DNA from: Planctomycetota bacterium
GTDB lineage: Bacteria; Planctomycetota; Planctomycetia; JALXBF01
DNA: 45,905 nucleotides
Reading direction: 5' to 3'
Assembly: GCA_026991575.1 (NCBI GenBank)
Contig: JALXBF010000136.1
Span: 1 to 45,905 of the forward strand
Shown: piece after piece, positions 9,853 through 19,236 of the stretch
Layout: the number at the start of each line of letters is the position of its first letter
Numbering within the stretch: position 1 is the first letter of the stretch
Made by a program: the position numbers and the translations under genes
The notes under the pieces: generated by a model
The model's input: the letters and a program-made list of their open reading frames with translations, nothing else
What the model was told of the DNA's origin: nothing
Databases searched by the model: none

Positions 9853-10807
9853 GTTGCCCGGCCCGTGGATGGTCCGTGTCGTTGTCCTGTGCTGGCGTGT
9901 CAAGCTGTTGCCTGCGGACGCGTGCAGCCCGCCACCACTCAATCAACGCTTGCATGTCGTCGCCGCCTTGCTCCAGCGCGCGGCGGGCCCCGTCAAGCTT
10001 CTCCAGGAACGCGCTCAGTGCATCGATCAGTTGGTGCCGGTTCAGCTTCAGGATCGGCATCCAGACCTCCTCGCTGCCCCCGGCCACACGGGTCGTGTCC
10101 AGGAATCCACTGGCCACGAACGCCTCTGCCTCCTCTGGCAGAGCGTGCACCAGAGCGGCAGCCACCAGGTGTGGCAGGTGGCTGGTGTGGGCCAGGAACC
10201 GATCGTGCGTTTCCGGATCCAGTTGCACGCAGCGCGCTCCAATGGCTTGCCAGAGTTGTTCCACGGCGGTCAGCGCCTTCGGACTGGTGAGCTCGGTGGG
10301 CGTAAGCACACACAGTCGGGAGCGGAACAGGTCAGCACGGGCGTGTTCGACGCCGCTCCGCTCCGAGCCGGCCAGCGGATGCCCAGGCACGAACCAGGCT
10401 GCTCGCTCTGGGGGAACCGCCGCCTGGACGGCCTCCACGATCGCCTGCTTAACACTCCCGCAATCAGTTACGATCAAGGGCCTTGGCCCGCAACGCTCAC
10501 CCAGTAACGCGATCGCCTGTGACGCGATAAGGTCCACGGGCGTGCACAGGACAACCAGATCAGCCGTGTTGGCCGCCTCCTGCAAGTCACGCGTCCAGCA
10601 ATCGATCGCACCGAGTTGCCGGGCCCGCTCCAGACGCTCCTGGCTCCGGTCCATGCCGAGAACCCGGCGTGCAAGCCCCTCTTGGCGCAGGGCCTGGCCA
10701 AGGGAACCGCCGATCAGGCCGACACCCACAACGGCGATTGTGTCCCAGGGGCTCTGGCTCACGCTTCCGACCGGGCCAGGAAGGTGGACGTTACGGTGCT
10801 CTGTCAC
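9833..10807 (-). CDS. tyrA: Prephenate/arogenate dehydrogenase
   Basis: Rossmann motif VVGVGLIGGS, TDCGSVK, HPLAGSERSG, HDRFLAHTSHLPHL, GFLDTTRVA. The exact start is uncertain. Confidence 0.9.
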   Translation of the reverse strand: MTEHRNVHLPGPVGSVSQSPWDTIAVVGVGLIGGSLGQALRQEGLARRVLGMDRSQERLERARQLGAIDCWTRDLQEAANTADLVVLCTPVDLIASQAIALLGERCGPRPLIVTDCGSVKQAIVEAVQAAVPPERAAWFVPGHPLAGSERSGVEHARADLFRSRLCVLTPTELTSPKALTAVEQLWQAIGARCVQLDPETHDRFLAHTSHLPHLVAAALVHALPEEAEAFVASGFLDTTRVAGGSEEVWMPILKLNRHQLIDALSAFLEKLDGARRALEQGGDDMQALIEWWRAARVRRQQLDTPAQDNDTDHPRAGQHDDVGH

Positions 10808-10817
10808 GCGGACCGCA

Positions 10818-10823
10818 ATTATA
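10818..10823 (-). promoter_or_regulatory. Consensus -10 box (TATAAT) for the tyrA-purL-purQ transcript
   Basis: The plus strand reads ATTATA, i.e. TATAAT on the minus strand, 10 nt upstream of the tyrA GTG. This hexamer is rare at this GC content. No clear -35 was seen. Confidence 0.5.
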
Positions 10824-10991
10824 GCGACGTGCCCCGTGGGCGCCGCTTTAGACCCACTCAGCGCAGCAGTTCGCTACTGACGGGAGCCAGCCACCAATTC
10901 GTCCGGCACCGTTGCCGGCGGTCGCACGGAAACGTGCAAGCGACCAATAATGCTTGGGGAGCCTACCCGCCCTAAGCTAAGGAGGTGACCG

Positions 10992-11705
10992 ATGTTCAGA
11001 CACGCGCTGATCTTCGCCACCGCGATCGGGTGCCTGGTCGCAGCTTCGGTGCTGGTTTGCGTTCAGTCGGCTGCGCGCGGCCAGATTGGCTCCCGCGGTA
11101 CGGACCTTTCCCGGCAGGAGCGTCAGCTTATTGAGGAATTCGTCAACCGGGCACTGCGGCTGGCGGCTCAGTACGAGGCCTCGGGCAACTACGACCGCGC
11201 CAAGAGGCTGCTGAAGACCGTGCTGGACGTAAGCCCGGAGGAGAAGCGGGCACGTGACCGGCTGAAGGAACTGGAGCAGCGGGAATTGAGCCAGAACCGC
11301 GTCGTGTTCCGGGTGCAGGCAAACAGGGGCTGGCAGGATACCGGGGTTATCGTCTTTGCCGGTCGCCCGGTGGCCATCGAAGCGCGGGGTGAGTGGGTAT
11401 TCCGTATGACGCACACCGTTGGCCCCGACGGGATGCAGATCCCGAAAGAATGGCGTGAATTTCCGCTTGGCGCGCTCATCGGAGCCATCCAGCCGATCAC
11501 TATGGAACGGCCGGGGCCGCGCCGCGGCGCGAAGAAGGCCAAGCGTGACATGCCCCAGGTGAAGCCGTTCCTGGTCGGCAGCAAGAAGGTGATCACGCCC
11601 GAGTACACCGGGAGACTGTTCCTGAAGATCCACGACTCGGACGAATCAGACAACGCGGGTAATCTGGTCGTTCAAGTGTCGGGCTACCTGCAAAGCCAAC
11701 GCTAG
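10992..11705 (+). CDS. Secreted protein with a TPR-like helical region and a C-terminal LecA/PA-IL-like beta-sandwich
   Basis: Strong RBS AAGGAGGTGA and a signal peptide. GNYDRAKRLLKTVLDVSPEE is TPR-like. VQANRGWQDTGV...G..V.I.A.GEW...GALIG...DN.G...V.V matches the PA-IL-like pattern. Confidence 0.75.
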   Translation: MFRHALIFATAIGCLVAASVLVCVQSAARGQIGSRGTDLSRQERQLIEEFVNRALRLAAQYEASGNYDRAKRLLKTVLDVSPEEKRARDRLKELEQRELSQNRVVFRVQANRGWQDTGVIVFAGRPVAIEARGEWVFRMTHTVGPDGMQIPKEWREFPLGALIGAIQPITMERPGPRRGAKKAKRDMPQVKPFLVGSKKVITPEYTGRLFLKIHDSDESDNAGNLVVQVSGYLQSQR

Positions 11706-11781
11706 GATCCGGGGCGGCGCTGCCTGTGGCAAAGCTCCCTGACGCAGACGCCCGCCGCGCGGTCACCCCCAGACTGATCCC

Positions 11782-12588
11782 ATGACGGCAATCGTGACAC
11801 TGACCACCGATTTCGGTACCACCGGCAGCTATGTCGCCGAGATGAAGGGGGCCGGTCTGAGCATCTGCCCAGAGATCTGCTTCGTGGATGTTAGCCATCA
11901 GGTCCCCCCTCAGGACGTGCGCTACGCGGCCTTCTTGCTCCGCCAGATCTTGCCCCACTTCCCGCCCCAAACGATCCACGTGGCAGTGGTAGATCCGGGC
12001 GTGGGCACGCAGCGCCGGATCCTGTGCTTTCGAGTGGCCGACCAGTTCTTGATCGGTCCGGACAACGGGGTCCTCACCTGGGCCGTGCGTCTGTTTCCTG
12101 CGGCCGAGGTAGCATGTCGCGTCGTGACGAACCGCAGTTGGTTTCGCGACGAGGTGACCAGCACGTTCCACGGCAGGGACATCATGATGCCGGTAGCGGC
12201 CCGTCTGGCAGCGGGCGAAGCGTTCGAGGAGGTCGGGCCCGAGTGCAACGACTGGCTGGAGCTGCTCTGGCCCGAACCGACACGGTCCGGCACCACCATT
12301 CGCGGGGAGATCGTCTTCCGCGATCCGTTCGGCAATCTGATCTCGAACATCGATTCGTCACGGCTTGACGAGCTGGGCACTTCCGGCCCGTACGAGGTCA
12401 TCGTGGGCAATGGCCACCGAGCCCGTTGGGTGCGCACGTATGGTGAGGGCACCGTCGGCGAGCTGGTTGCGCTGGTCGGCAGCAGCCATCTAGTCGAGGT
12501 TGCTGTCGTTCAGGGCAGTGCAGCCGCCCTGCTGAAGGTCGGGCCGGGAACGCCCATCACGATCGCTCCTGCACAGCGAGGTACCTGA
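11782..12588 (+). CDS. SAM hydrolase / SAM-dependent halogenase family protein (DUF62)
   Basis: TLTTDFG...YVAEMKG, DVSHQV, VVDPGVGTQRR, GPDNG, STFHGRDI, DPFGNLISNI. Confidence 0.92.
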   Translation: MTAIVTLTTDFGTTGSYVAEMKGAGLSICPEICFVDVSHQVPPQDVRYAAFLLRQILPHFPPQTIHVAVVDPGVGTQRRILCFRVADQFLIGPDNGVLTWAVRLFPAAEVACRVVTNRSWFRDEVTSTFHGRDIMMPVAARLAAGEAFEEVGPECNDWLELLWPEPTRSGTTIRGEIVFRDPFGNLISNIDSSRLDELGTSGPYEVIVGNGHRARWVRTYGEGTVGELVALVGSSHLVEVAVVQGSAAALLKVGPGTPITIAPAQRGT

Positions 12589-12589
12589 C

Positions 12590-14056
12590 ATGCCAGCCAT
12601 CTGTCCACATTGCGGCAAGGAGATCGGCCAGGACGCACCGCAGCATTGCCCGCACTGTGGTACTGCGGTGCCGGCGGCCGTCGAGGCGAACAACGCCACG
12701 TCGTCAGGCGAGTATGAGATCGAACCAGCGTCGACGTCACACAGCAGCGATTCCCTCATGCATTTCTTCCAGTCCATGCAAGGCGTTGATCACGGCGACA
12801 GCATCGTCGTCGAGGCGGACTCATCCGACGACGACGTTGGAGAACCATCGTCCAGCGAAATGAGCGTTCCGCCGGGGGAAGACGCAGCACAGCAGGATAC
12901 CGATCAACAGGAGCCGCCATCGGCCATTCAGGTACTCCAAGCACTTCGTGCCGATTCGGCGCCGAGCGAGGCAGAGCTGCCCGAGACCGACCGTCCGTCG
13001 GCACCAGGCCAGGACGGGGCCTCGCCAGACGTAGGCGAAGCGGTCCAGCACACGGCGGATGGTGGTGAGTACGCTGGCCCAGGCTCGATCGCTTCCGCTC
13101 ACCAGGAGGAGCTCCCCGCTCAGCATGGCGACCATGACCGCGGCGGCGAGCCGCAGGAGGTCACGGCCGAATCGCCAGGCGGTGCTGAAGCGGACAACCA
13201 GGAGAACGCGGAGGCTGTCGCCGAGCAAGAAACGGACGTCAGCGAGCCAGGCGAACCGCAGGAAGTGGGCGCGATCTGGCAGCCGCCGGCTGTAGCGGCC
13301 GATGCCATAAGCAGCGAAAGCTTCTCGCGGCGACCGCAACGACAGCAGTCTTCCACGTCCTTGATCGCTATCATTGCCACCTACATCTGCGGCGCGATGA
13401 CCGGCTTTGTCATTGGCAAGCTGGTGTATGGTCCGGCGGCCACCAGCCCGCTGCGGAAGATACCCGACTATGGCGTGCACCAGGGGGGCCGAGAATGGCG
13501 GCTGCCCAGCCCCGATGCGGCCGTGCCACGTGGTCAGTGGCTGGAACCGGGCAAGAAGCTCCGCGTGGGCGACCTGGAAGTCGAGGCTGTGGCACTGACC
13601 GTGCGACCGATCCGTCTGACTCGGATCGATCCGATCACTGGCCGGCTGGAACGGCGTGACACGGGCGAACAGTCACTGGTTCTGGTGCTTCGTATCCGGA
13701 ATCTGTCCGAGAATCTCGCGTTCGTCCCGATCGACGAGCTGTTCCTGCGCGAGAGTGAGTTTCCGGAGTACAGCTACATCGAGCTGCCCGATGGCCGACA
13801 CATTGGGATGTACCCGTTGCCGAAGTTCAGCGAGTTCAACCTGGAACAGCAGACGTTCGAGGAACTACCGCCGGGCCAGACGCGCACCTACTGGATCGTG
13901 GCGGATCCTGAGGTACTTGCCCACTTAGAGGATACGATGACATGGCGGGTTCAGTTGCGCGTCGGTGGCAGCATCGACCGAACCTACTCGACCGTGATCG
14001 CCGTACGCTTTCACGTCGATGACATTCAGCGGTCTGACGGTGACTCGACGACATGA
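12590..14056 (+). CDS. Membrane-anchored protein: double zinc ribbon, acidic disordered linker, TM helix and C-terminal Ig-like domain
   Basis: CPHCG...CPHCG at the N-terminus, ~200 aa of D/E/S/P-rich sequence, hydrophobic LIAIIATYICGAMTGFVIG, then a beta-rich domain (LVLVLRIRNLS...ELPPGQTRT). Confidence 0.75.
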   Translation: MPAICPHCGKEIGQDAPQHCPHCGTAVPAAVEANNATSSGEYEIEPASTSHSSDSLMHFFQSMQGVDHGDSIVVEADSSDDDVGEPSSSEMSVPPGEDAAQQDTDQQEPPSAIQVLQALRADSAPSEAELPETDRPSAPGQDGASPDVGEAVQHTADGGEYAGPGSIASAHQEELPAQHGDHDRGGEPQEVTAESPGGAEADNQENAEAVAEQETDVSEPGEPQEVGAIWQPPAVAADAISSESFSRRPQRQQSSTSLIAIIATYICGAMTGFVIGKLVYGPAATSPLRKIPDYGVHQGGREWRLPSPDAAVPRGQWLEPGKKLRVGDLEVEAVALTVRPIRLTRIDPITGRLERRDTGEQSLVLVLRIRNLSENLAFVPIDELFLRESEFPEYSYIELPDGRHIGMYPLPKFSEFNLEQQTFEELPPGQTRTYWIVADPEVLAHLEDTMTWRVQLRVGGSIDRTYSTVIAVRFHVDDIQRSDGDSTT

Positions 14057-14637
14057 GCGGCACGTCGTGCTCGGCTAAGCGGGCGCGTGCGGAGGCGGAG
14101 ACCCTCCGCGAACGGATCGAGCAGAGGCTGGCCCCCGGGGAGGCGGTCCTCGTCAGTGCGTGTCTGCTGGGCGTTCATTGCCGCTACGACGGGAGCACGA
14201 ATCCGGCAACCGGCCTGCAGCAGCTTGCTCGCCGGTACCGGATCGTACCGGTCTGTCCCGAGCAACTCGGCGGCCTGCCGACGCCACGGCCACCGGCGGA
14301 ATTCTCAGGCGGTGACGGGCGCGCGGTACTGGAGGGCCGAGCCTGCCTGCAGACAGCTTCCGGAGAAGACGTCACGGAAGCTTTTCTTCGTGGCGCTCGC
14401 GAGGCTGTGCGTCTTGGTAAACTAGCCGGGGCGCGCGTGGCAATCCTGAAGGAACGCAGCCCATCGTGCGGCGTCTGCCATGTGTACTGCCGAGGACGCC
14501 TGATCGAAGGACAAGGCGTCACCACAGCCCTGCTGGTCGAGCATGGGTTTGAAGTGATCCCGCTGGACCCGCCGAAGCAGCGTGAACGAGCGGATGGCAC
14601 GGGAGATGACGAGCCCACTGGAACTGAGGCCGGATGA
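14053..14637 (+). CDS. DUF523 family protein (2-thiouracil desulfurase TudS/YbbK-like, Fe-S)
   Basis: VSACLLG.HCRYDG, PVCPEQLGGLPTPRPPAE, DVTEAF, LKERSPSCG, GQGVT. ATGA overlap with the upstream gene. Confidence 0.9.
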   Translation: MSGTSCSAKRARAEAETLRERIEQRLAPGEAVLVSACLLGVHCRYDGSTNPATGLQQLARRYRIVPVCPEQLGGLPTPRPPAEFSGGDGRAVLEGRACLQTASGEDVTEAFLRGAREAVRLGKLAGARVAILKERSPSCGVCHVYCRGRLIEGQGVTTALLVEHGFEVIPLDPPKQRERADGTGDDEPTGTEAG

Positions 14638-15241
14638 AATCACGGCGCTGCTGTCGATCGCCCGTCGCACGCTAGAGAGCGTTGTCTCGGGCGGACCGGC
14701 ACCGCTGTTCATGCCGCCGCCGGAGATGCAGAATCTGTACCAGCCTTGCGGTGCGTTCGTCACGCTGCGCGGGCCCGGCACTCGGCTGCGCGGTTGCATC
14801 GGACGGCTCTCCGGCGACATCGAGCTACACCGCATTGTCCGAGAGATGACCGTGGCAGCCGCGACGCAGGATCCACGGTTCGCTCATGAACGGATCACCC
14901 CCGCGGAGTTACCACTGGTGTTCGTGGAGATCTCGGTGCTCTCACCCCTGGAGCGGGTCAACGACCCGCTGAATGACATCCGCCCGGGAGTGCACGGCGT
15001 TTACGTCCGTAGGGGCAATCGTACCGGCTGCTTCCTGCCACAGGTCGCTACCGAGATGCGCTGGGACACGCGCCAGCTGCTCGAACACTGCTGCGCGCGC
15101 AAGGCCGGGCTGCCGCCGGACGCCTGGCAGGCGGCCGACGTGGAAGTGTTCCGGTTTACGAGCCAGGTCTACGAGGAGCCACGGCTTGGCATCACGCTAC
15201 CTCAGGAACCGCCGGGGCCGGTCTACGTGCAGCCGTGTTGA
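14594..15241 (+). CDS. AMMECR1-domain protein (AmmeMemoRadiSam system protein A)
   Basis: GAFVTL...LRGCIG, AAATQDPRF, EISVLSP, G.HG.Y, FLPQVA, KAGLPPDAW. Start could be 14582, 14594 or 14606. Confidence 0.9.
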   Translation: MAREMTSPLELRPDEITALLSIARRTLESVVSGGPAPLFMPPPEMQNLYQPCGAFVTLRGPGTRLRGCIGRLSGDIELHRIVREMTVAAATQDPRFAHERITPAELPLVFVEISVLSPLERVNDPLNDIRPGVHGVYVRRGNRTGCFLPQVATEMRWDTRQLLEHCCARKAGLPPDAWQAADVEVFRFTSQVYEEPRLGITLPQEPPGPVYVQPC

Positions 15242-15291
15242 TTTGCTGGAGGTTGCTCTGGCCGTCCACCACCGACTCCGGATCGACCACC

Positions 15292-16221
15292 ATGGACCGA
15301 CGACGATCTCGACGAGACTTCCTGAAACTGACGACGACGACCGTGGCGGCGGCCGCCGCCGCTGCCGGTGCGCTTCGGCAACGGACCTGGGCCATGCCGG
15401 ACGGCGCTTCCGGCTCGAGCAGACGGTTTCTCAAAGCGGTGAAGTACGGCATGGTCGGCCCGGGCAAGACGCCGCTTGAGAAGCTAGCGCTGCTGAAAGA
15501 GCTGGGCTACGACGGCGTGGAGATTCCCAGTCCCACGACCCTGGATCTGGAGGCGCTGCGTGCGGCGAGCGAGAAGACGGGCATCCGGGTCCATGGTGTG
15601 GTAAACAGCTACCACTGGCGGTATCCGCTAAGCCATCCAGATCCGGCTGTGCGTAGCCGGTGCCGCAAGGCGTTGGAGCAATCGCTGCGTGACGCCCACT
15701 TCCTGGGTGCCAGCTCAGTACTGCTGGTGCCCGCGGTTGTGCGCAAGGACATCCCGTACGACGAAGCCTACCGGCGGTCGCAGGCAGAGATCCGCAAGGT
15801 GCTGCCGTTGGCCGAAGAGCTCAAGGTGAGGATCCTCTTGGAGAACGTCTGGAACAACTTCCTGCTGAGCCCGCTGGAGTTCGCGCGCTACGTGGACGAG
15901 TTCGAAAGTGACTGGGTTGGTGTCTACTTCGACGTGGGCAATGTCGTCGTTTACGGCTGGCCACAGCACTGGATCCGCATCCTGGGCAAGCGGATCGGCA
16001 AGCTGGACATCAAAGCCTTTAGCAGGCGTATTGCGCGCAGTGAAGGCTTGAGCAAAGGCTTCCGCGTGCCGATTGGGGAAGACGACTGCGACTGGCCCGA
16101 AGTGCGCAAGGAACTCATCGCGCTGGACTACCGTGGCTGGTGCACCGCTGAAGTGCGCGGCGGCGGCCGTGAACGGCTAGCCGAGCTCCTGGCCCGGATG
16201 AATCGCGTGTTGCCGGATTGA
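15292..16221 (+). CDS. Tat-exported sugar phosphate isomerase/epimerase (xylose isomerase-like TIM barrel)
   Basis: Twin-arginine signal SRRDFLK. GYDGVE, LLENVWNNFL, YFDVGN, LDIK and AEV metal-binding motifs. Confidence 0.88.
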   Translation: MDRRRSRRDFLKLTTTTVAAAAAAAGALRQRTWAMPDGASGSSRRFLKAVKYGMVGPGKTPLEKLALLKELGYDGVEIPSPTTLDLEALRAASEKTGIRVHGVVNSYHWRYPLSHPDPAVRSRCRKALEQSLRDAHFLGASSVLLVPAVVRKDIPYDEAYRRSQAEIRKVLPLAEELKVRILLENVWNNFLLSPLEFARYVDEFESDWVGVYFDVGNVVVYGWPQHWIRILGKRIGKLDIKAFSRRIARSEGLSKGFRVPIGEDDCDWPEVRKELIALDYRGWCTAEVRGGGRERLAELLARMNRVLPD

Positions 16222-16278
16222 TCCGTGCGATGGGTCTGAAGGCCGAACGGTTCTTGGCGGCTTTATCCGTGGGGGGCT

Positions 16279-17295
16279 TTGTCAATGCCGACACGCTACC
16301 GCGTCGTGGTGACGGACTATCTGAACGACGAGCTCGGGCCCGAACGGGTGGTGCTGGCCGGGCTGGCAGAAGTCGAAGCCCTGTGCGCTCGATCTGAAGA
16401 CGAGCTGCGTGGGCGTGTCGAGGATGCCGATGCGTTGCTCGTATACCACTACATCACCATTGGTCCGGCGACCATCGCCCGGCTCCGCCGCTGTAAGGTC
16501 ATCGTGCGTTGCGGCGTGGGTTATGACAACGTGGACCATGTCGCCGCCGCCCGTCGCGGCATCCCCGTAGCGCACATTCCGGACTACGGCAGCGAGGAGG
16601 TGGCTGATACGGCCATCGGCATGATGCTGGCCCTGACCCGTGGCATCACGCTGGCCAACACCCTGCTGCGCACGGGCAGGGCTCCGTGGAACCACCAAGC
16701 CGTCGTCCCGCTCCGACGACTTCGCGGTCGGGTGTTTGCCATCGTTGGGCTTGGCCGGATCGGGACCGCAGTAGCCCTGCGGGCCCGGGCAATCGGCATG
16801 GAGGTCATCTTTTATGACCCGTACAAGCCCAGTGGCTACGAGAAAGCGCTGGGCATCCGGCGCAGCAACACGCTGCGCGAATTGCTCGACCAGGCGTTCG
16901 TGCTGTCGTTGCACTGTCCGCTCACGGAGGAAACCTACCACATGATCGACGCCGGCGCGCTGGCACAGATGCCGCCAGAAAGCTATCTGATTAACACCGC
17001 GAGAGGGGCCATCGTGGACAGTCGTGCCCTGTTGGCCGCGCTGGAGAGCGAACGGCTGGCCGGGGCAGCACTCGACGTGCTTGAGCAAGAGCCACCTGCA
17101 GCGAACGACCCACTGATTGCCGCCTGGCGTGACCCGACGCACCCGGCACACACCCGGCTGATCATCACCCCTCACTCGGCCTTCTACAGCGACGAGAGCA
17201 TCCTTGAGATGCGAGTCAAGAGCGCTACTGCCGTCAGGCTTGCCCTATCCGGCGAACCGATCCCGAACGTCGTCAATCAGCCGGTGACAGGCTGA
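16279..17295 (+). CDS. CtBP-like D-isomer-specific 2-hydroxyacid dehydrogenase
   Basis: RCGVGYDNVD, PDYGSEEVAD, NAD motif GLGRIG, SLHCPL, INTARG, LDVLEQEP, TPHSAFYS (R/E/H catalytic triad). Confidence 0.9.
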   Translation: MSMPTRYRVVVTDYLNDELGPERVVLAGLAEVEALCARSEDELRGRVEDADALLVYHYITIGPATIARLRRCKVIVRCGVGYDNVDHVAAARRGIPVAHIPDYGSEEVADTAIGMMLALTRGITLANTLLRTGRAPWNHQAVVPLRRLRGRVFAIVGLGRIGTAVALRARAIGMEVIFYDPYKPSGYEKALGIRRSNTLRELLDQAFVLSLHCPLTEETYHMIDAGALAQMPPESYLINTARGAIVDSRALLAALESERLAGAALDVLEQEPPAANDPLIAAWRDPTHPAHTRLIITPHSAFYSDESILEMRVKSATAVRLALSGEPIPNVVNQPVTG

Positions 17296-17381
17296 CCGTC
17301 GTCAGGCAGGCCGGCGTGACAGAGCGCCGCCTCGCTGTCGGTGCGCCCCGCGCTGATGGCGCTCGGCACAGCGGGTGCCGG

Positions 17382-17768
17382 TCAGGAAAGGTCGGGAAGC
17401 TCTCGAATCAGCACCAGAATCGCGGCTTGAGGCACGACGATGAATTCGCGGCCGTCGATCCGGACGTCGACGGCCGGTTCGCGCAGGAAGAGCGCAAGGT
17501 CGCCGACCTGGGCCTGCATTGGAATGTAGTGCTCCCTGCGCACGTGCTCCTTCCAGGGCTCGTCCTCGAACGCCTCAGGACTGGGGATCGGGATCCCCGG
17601 CCCGGTAGCAACGACTCGGCCCGAACCAACCGGATGTTTGCCCACGGCGCTCTGGGGCAGGTATAGGCCAGAGTGCGTGCGCTCCTCGGGCGTCTCGGGT
17701 CGCATGAGGACGCGATCCCCCACGAGGATCACTTCTTTCGATCCGAGACGCAGTGGTTGTTCGCTCAT
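17382..17768 (-). CDS. GroES/Cpn10-family co-chaperonin-like protein (stand-alone)
   Basis: GDRVLMRP...EERTHSGLYLP...GRVVATGPG...VGDLALF...IDGREFIVV....IL is the GroES pattern. ATG at 17768. No groEL adjacent. Confidence 0.85.
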   Translation of the reverse strand: MSEQPLRLGSKEVILVGDRVLMRPETPEERTHSGLYLPQSAVGKHPVGSGRVVATGPGIPIPSPEAFEDEPWKEHVRREHYIPMQAQVGDLALFLREPAVDVRIDGREFIVVPQAAILVLIRELPDLS

Positions 17769-17860
17769 CGTCTCGTGCTGTCTCCCCCGGCGCAAGCTAG
17801 CCCTTCTGTCCACCCGACTGATCCGTTAAGTGTACGCCGCTTGGTGCCCGCCGCGCCACC

Positions 17861-18463
17861 TCATCGGCCGTACGTCCCCATCAGTTCTCCCCCGGCCAGC
17901 ACGTGCCCCTTCATGGCGTCTTCCAGTTCCGCACGCCGCGCCCCGGCCGGAAGCTCAAGAACCGTGTCCAGCGCGTACAGCCGGAAGAAGTAGCGGTGCG
18001 GTCGGCCAGGGGGCGGCGCGGGACCGCCGTAGCCAATGCGACCAAAGTCATTCGTGCCCTGCCGCGCGCCGTTGGCGAGCTCCTCGCGCGGCGGTACCGC
18101 TTCCGGTAACTCCCGCACATCAGCCGGGATGTTCCAGATCAGCCAGTGCACCCACGTACCACGTGGGGCGTCCGGATCGTCGCAGATCAGGGCGAAGGAC
18201 TTCGTCCCTTCCGGCGGCTCGCTCCAGCGCAGCGGTGGCGACACATCCTGGCCGTCCGCCGTGTACTTGGCCGGGATCCGTTCGCCCGCCCCAAAAGCGG
18301 TGCTTTCCAGCGTCAGGCTCATAGGAAACTCCTCCACCCCCGATGCTGCCCCGCGGCCGGGCCCTTGGCGCTCAGTCCCGCTGCACGCCAGCAACATCAG
18401 GCACAGGATGCCGATCGTTAGCCGCACATGCAGACGGCCTGTTTCAGATAGGCAAGCATTCAC
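17861..18463 (-). CDS. YbhB/YbcL family PEBP (Raf kinase inhibitor-like) protein, probable lipoprotein
   Basis: SPPLRW...SFALICDDPDAP.GTWVHW, GYGGPAPPPG.PHRYFFRLYALD. An upstream hydrophobic stretch has an LLAC lipobox. An alternative start is ATG 18323. Confidence 0.9.
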   Translation of the reverse strand: MNACLSETGRLHVRLTIGILCLMLLACSGTERQGPGRGAASGVEEFPMSLTLESTAFGAGERIPAKYTADGQDVSPPLRWSEPPEGTKSFALICDDPDAPRGTWVHWLIWNIPADVRELPEAVPPREELANGARQGTNDFGRIGYGGPAPPPGRPHRYFFRLYALDTVLELPAGARRAELEDAMKGHVLAGGELMGTYGR

Positions 18464-18537
18464 GCCTGGTACCTCGGAGAAGCCTCACCCCGCGATCAGG
18501 TCGCGGCAAACAGCGCAGTCCTAGGTGTACTGCCCGG

Positions 18538-18954
18538 TCATAGCTGCGGCCCTGAGCGGCGTCGAGCCGGCACGAACACCGACCCCTCCGGCGCTCCCCA
18601 TGGCCGATTGCCCTCTTGGCCCTTGCGCCGCTTCCACACCCTCGGCCGGCTTGACTCGGCCTCACCGGCCCGCTTTCGTTTGCGCCGCCGCCACCAGCGC
18701 TGCCACCAACGCCGTTGTGTCCTGGGCTTCGTTTGCAATGGCACGTCAACCGAACTGGGCTGTCGTAGCAGCGACAGGGGCAACAGGCTAAGTGTGCCGA
18801 AGAACAAGCTCGCCAGCAACAAGTCACGGCCAGGGCGTTCGGATGCGACGACGATCGCCATCGCCGTGAACGCATAGCCGGCGGTGATCACGAAGCCAAC
18901 CGCCAAGATGCTGGCAAGCGAAACCGTTCGTCGTGCCATACGTCTCTCGGTCAC
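18538..18954 (-). CDS. Hypothetical small membrane protein
   Basis: Two hydrophobic segments followed by an Arg/Trp/Lys-rich tail. Co-oriented with the ybhB-like gene. Confidence 0.5.
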   Translation of the reverse strand: MTERRMARRTVSLASILAVGFVITAGYAFTAMAIVVASERPGRDLLLASLFFGTLSLLPLSLLRQPSSVDVPLQTKPRTQRRWWQRWWRRRKRKRAGEAESSRPRVWKRRKGQEGNRPWGAPEGSVFVPARRRSGPQL

Positions 18955-19236
18955 ACGCAGCGCCCTACAATCCCTACCGGTTCGGACCCGGCGGGACGCG
19001 CCATCAGGATAAGGACTCCAGGGCAGCTATGCAACGGGCGTGCCCGTCGGCCGCTCAGCCGGCCGGCCACCGGCTTACTGGGCACCGGCCCGGTCCGTGC
19101 AAGCTAAGAGGACCACCGTGGTATTCTGTCGGCTTGGGCCCTCTGGGTGACGTGTTGCGTGCCGCCGACTACGGTCAAGAAGTTGCCCCATTTGCACTGC
19201 GGCACAGGCGACGGACACCACACAAAGCGCAGACCA

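Noticed and set aside
9876..10880. Long antisense ORFs (e.g. 9876-10880, 1068-1961, 29471-30433, 5007-5861)
   Set aside because: They overlap well-supported genes on the opposite strand and have no recognisable motifs, as expected in high-GC DNA.
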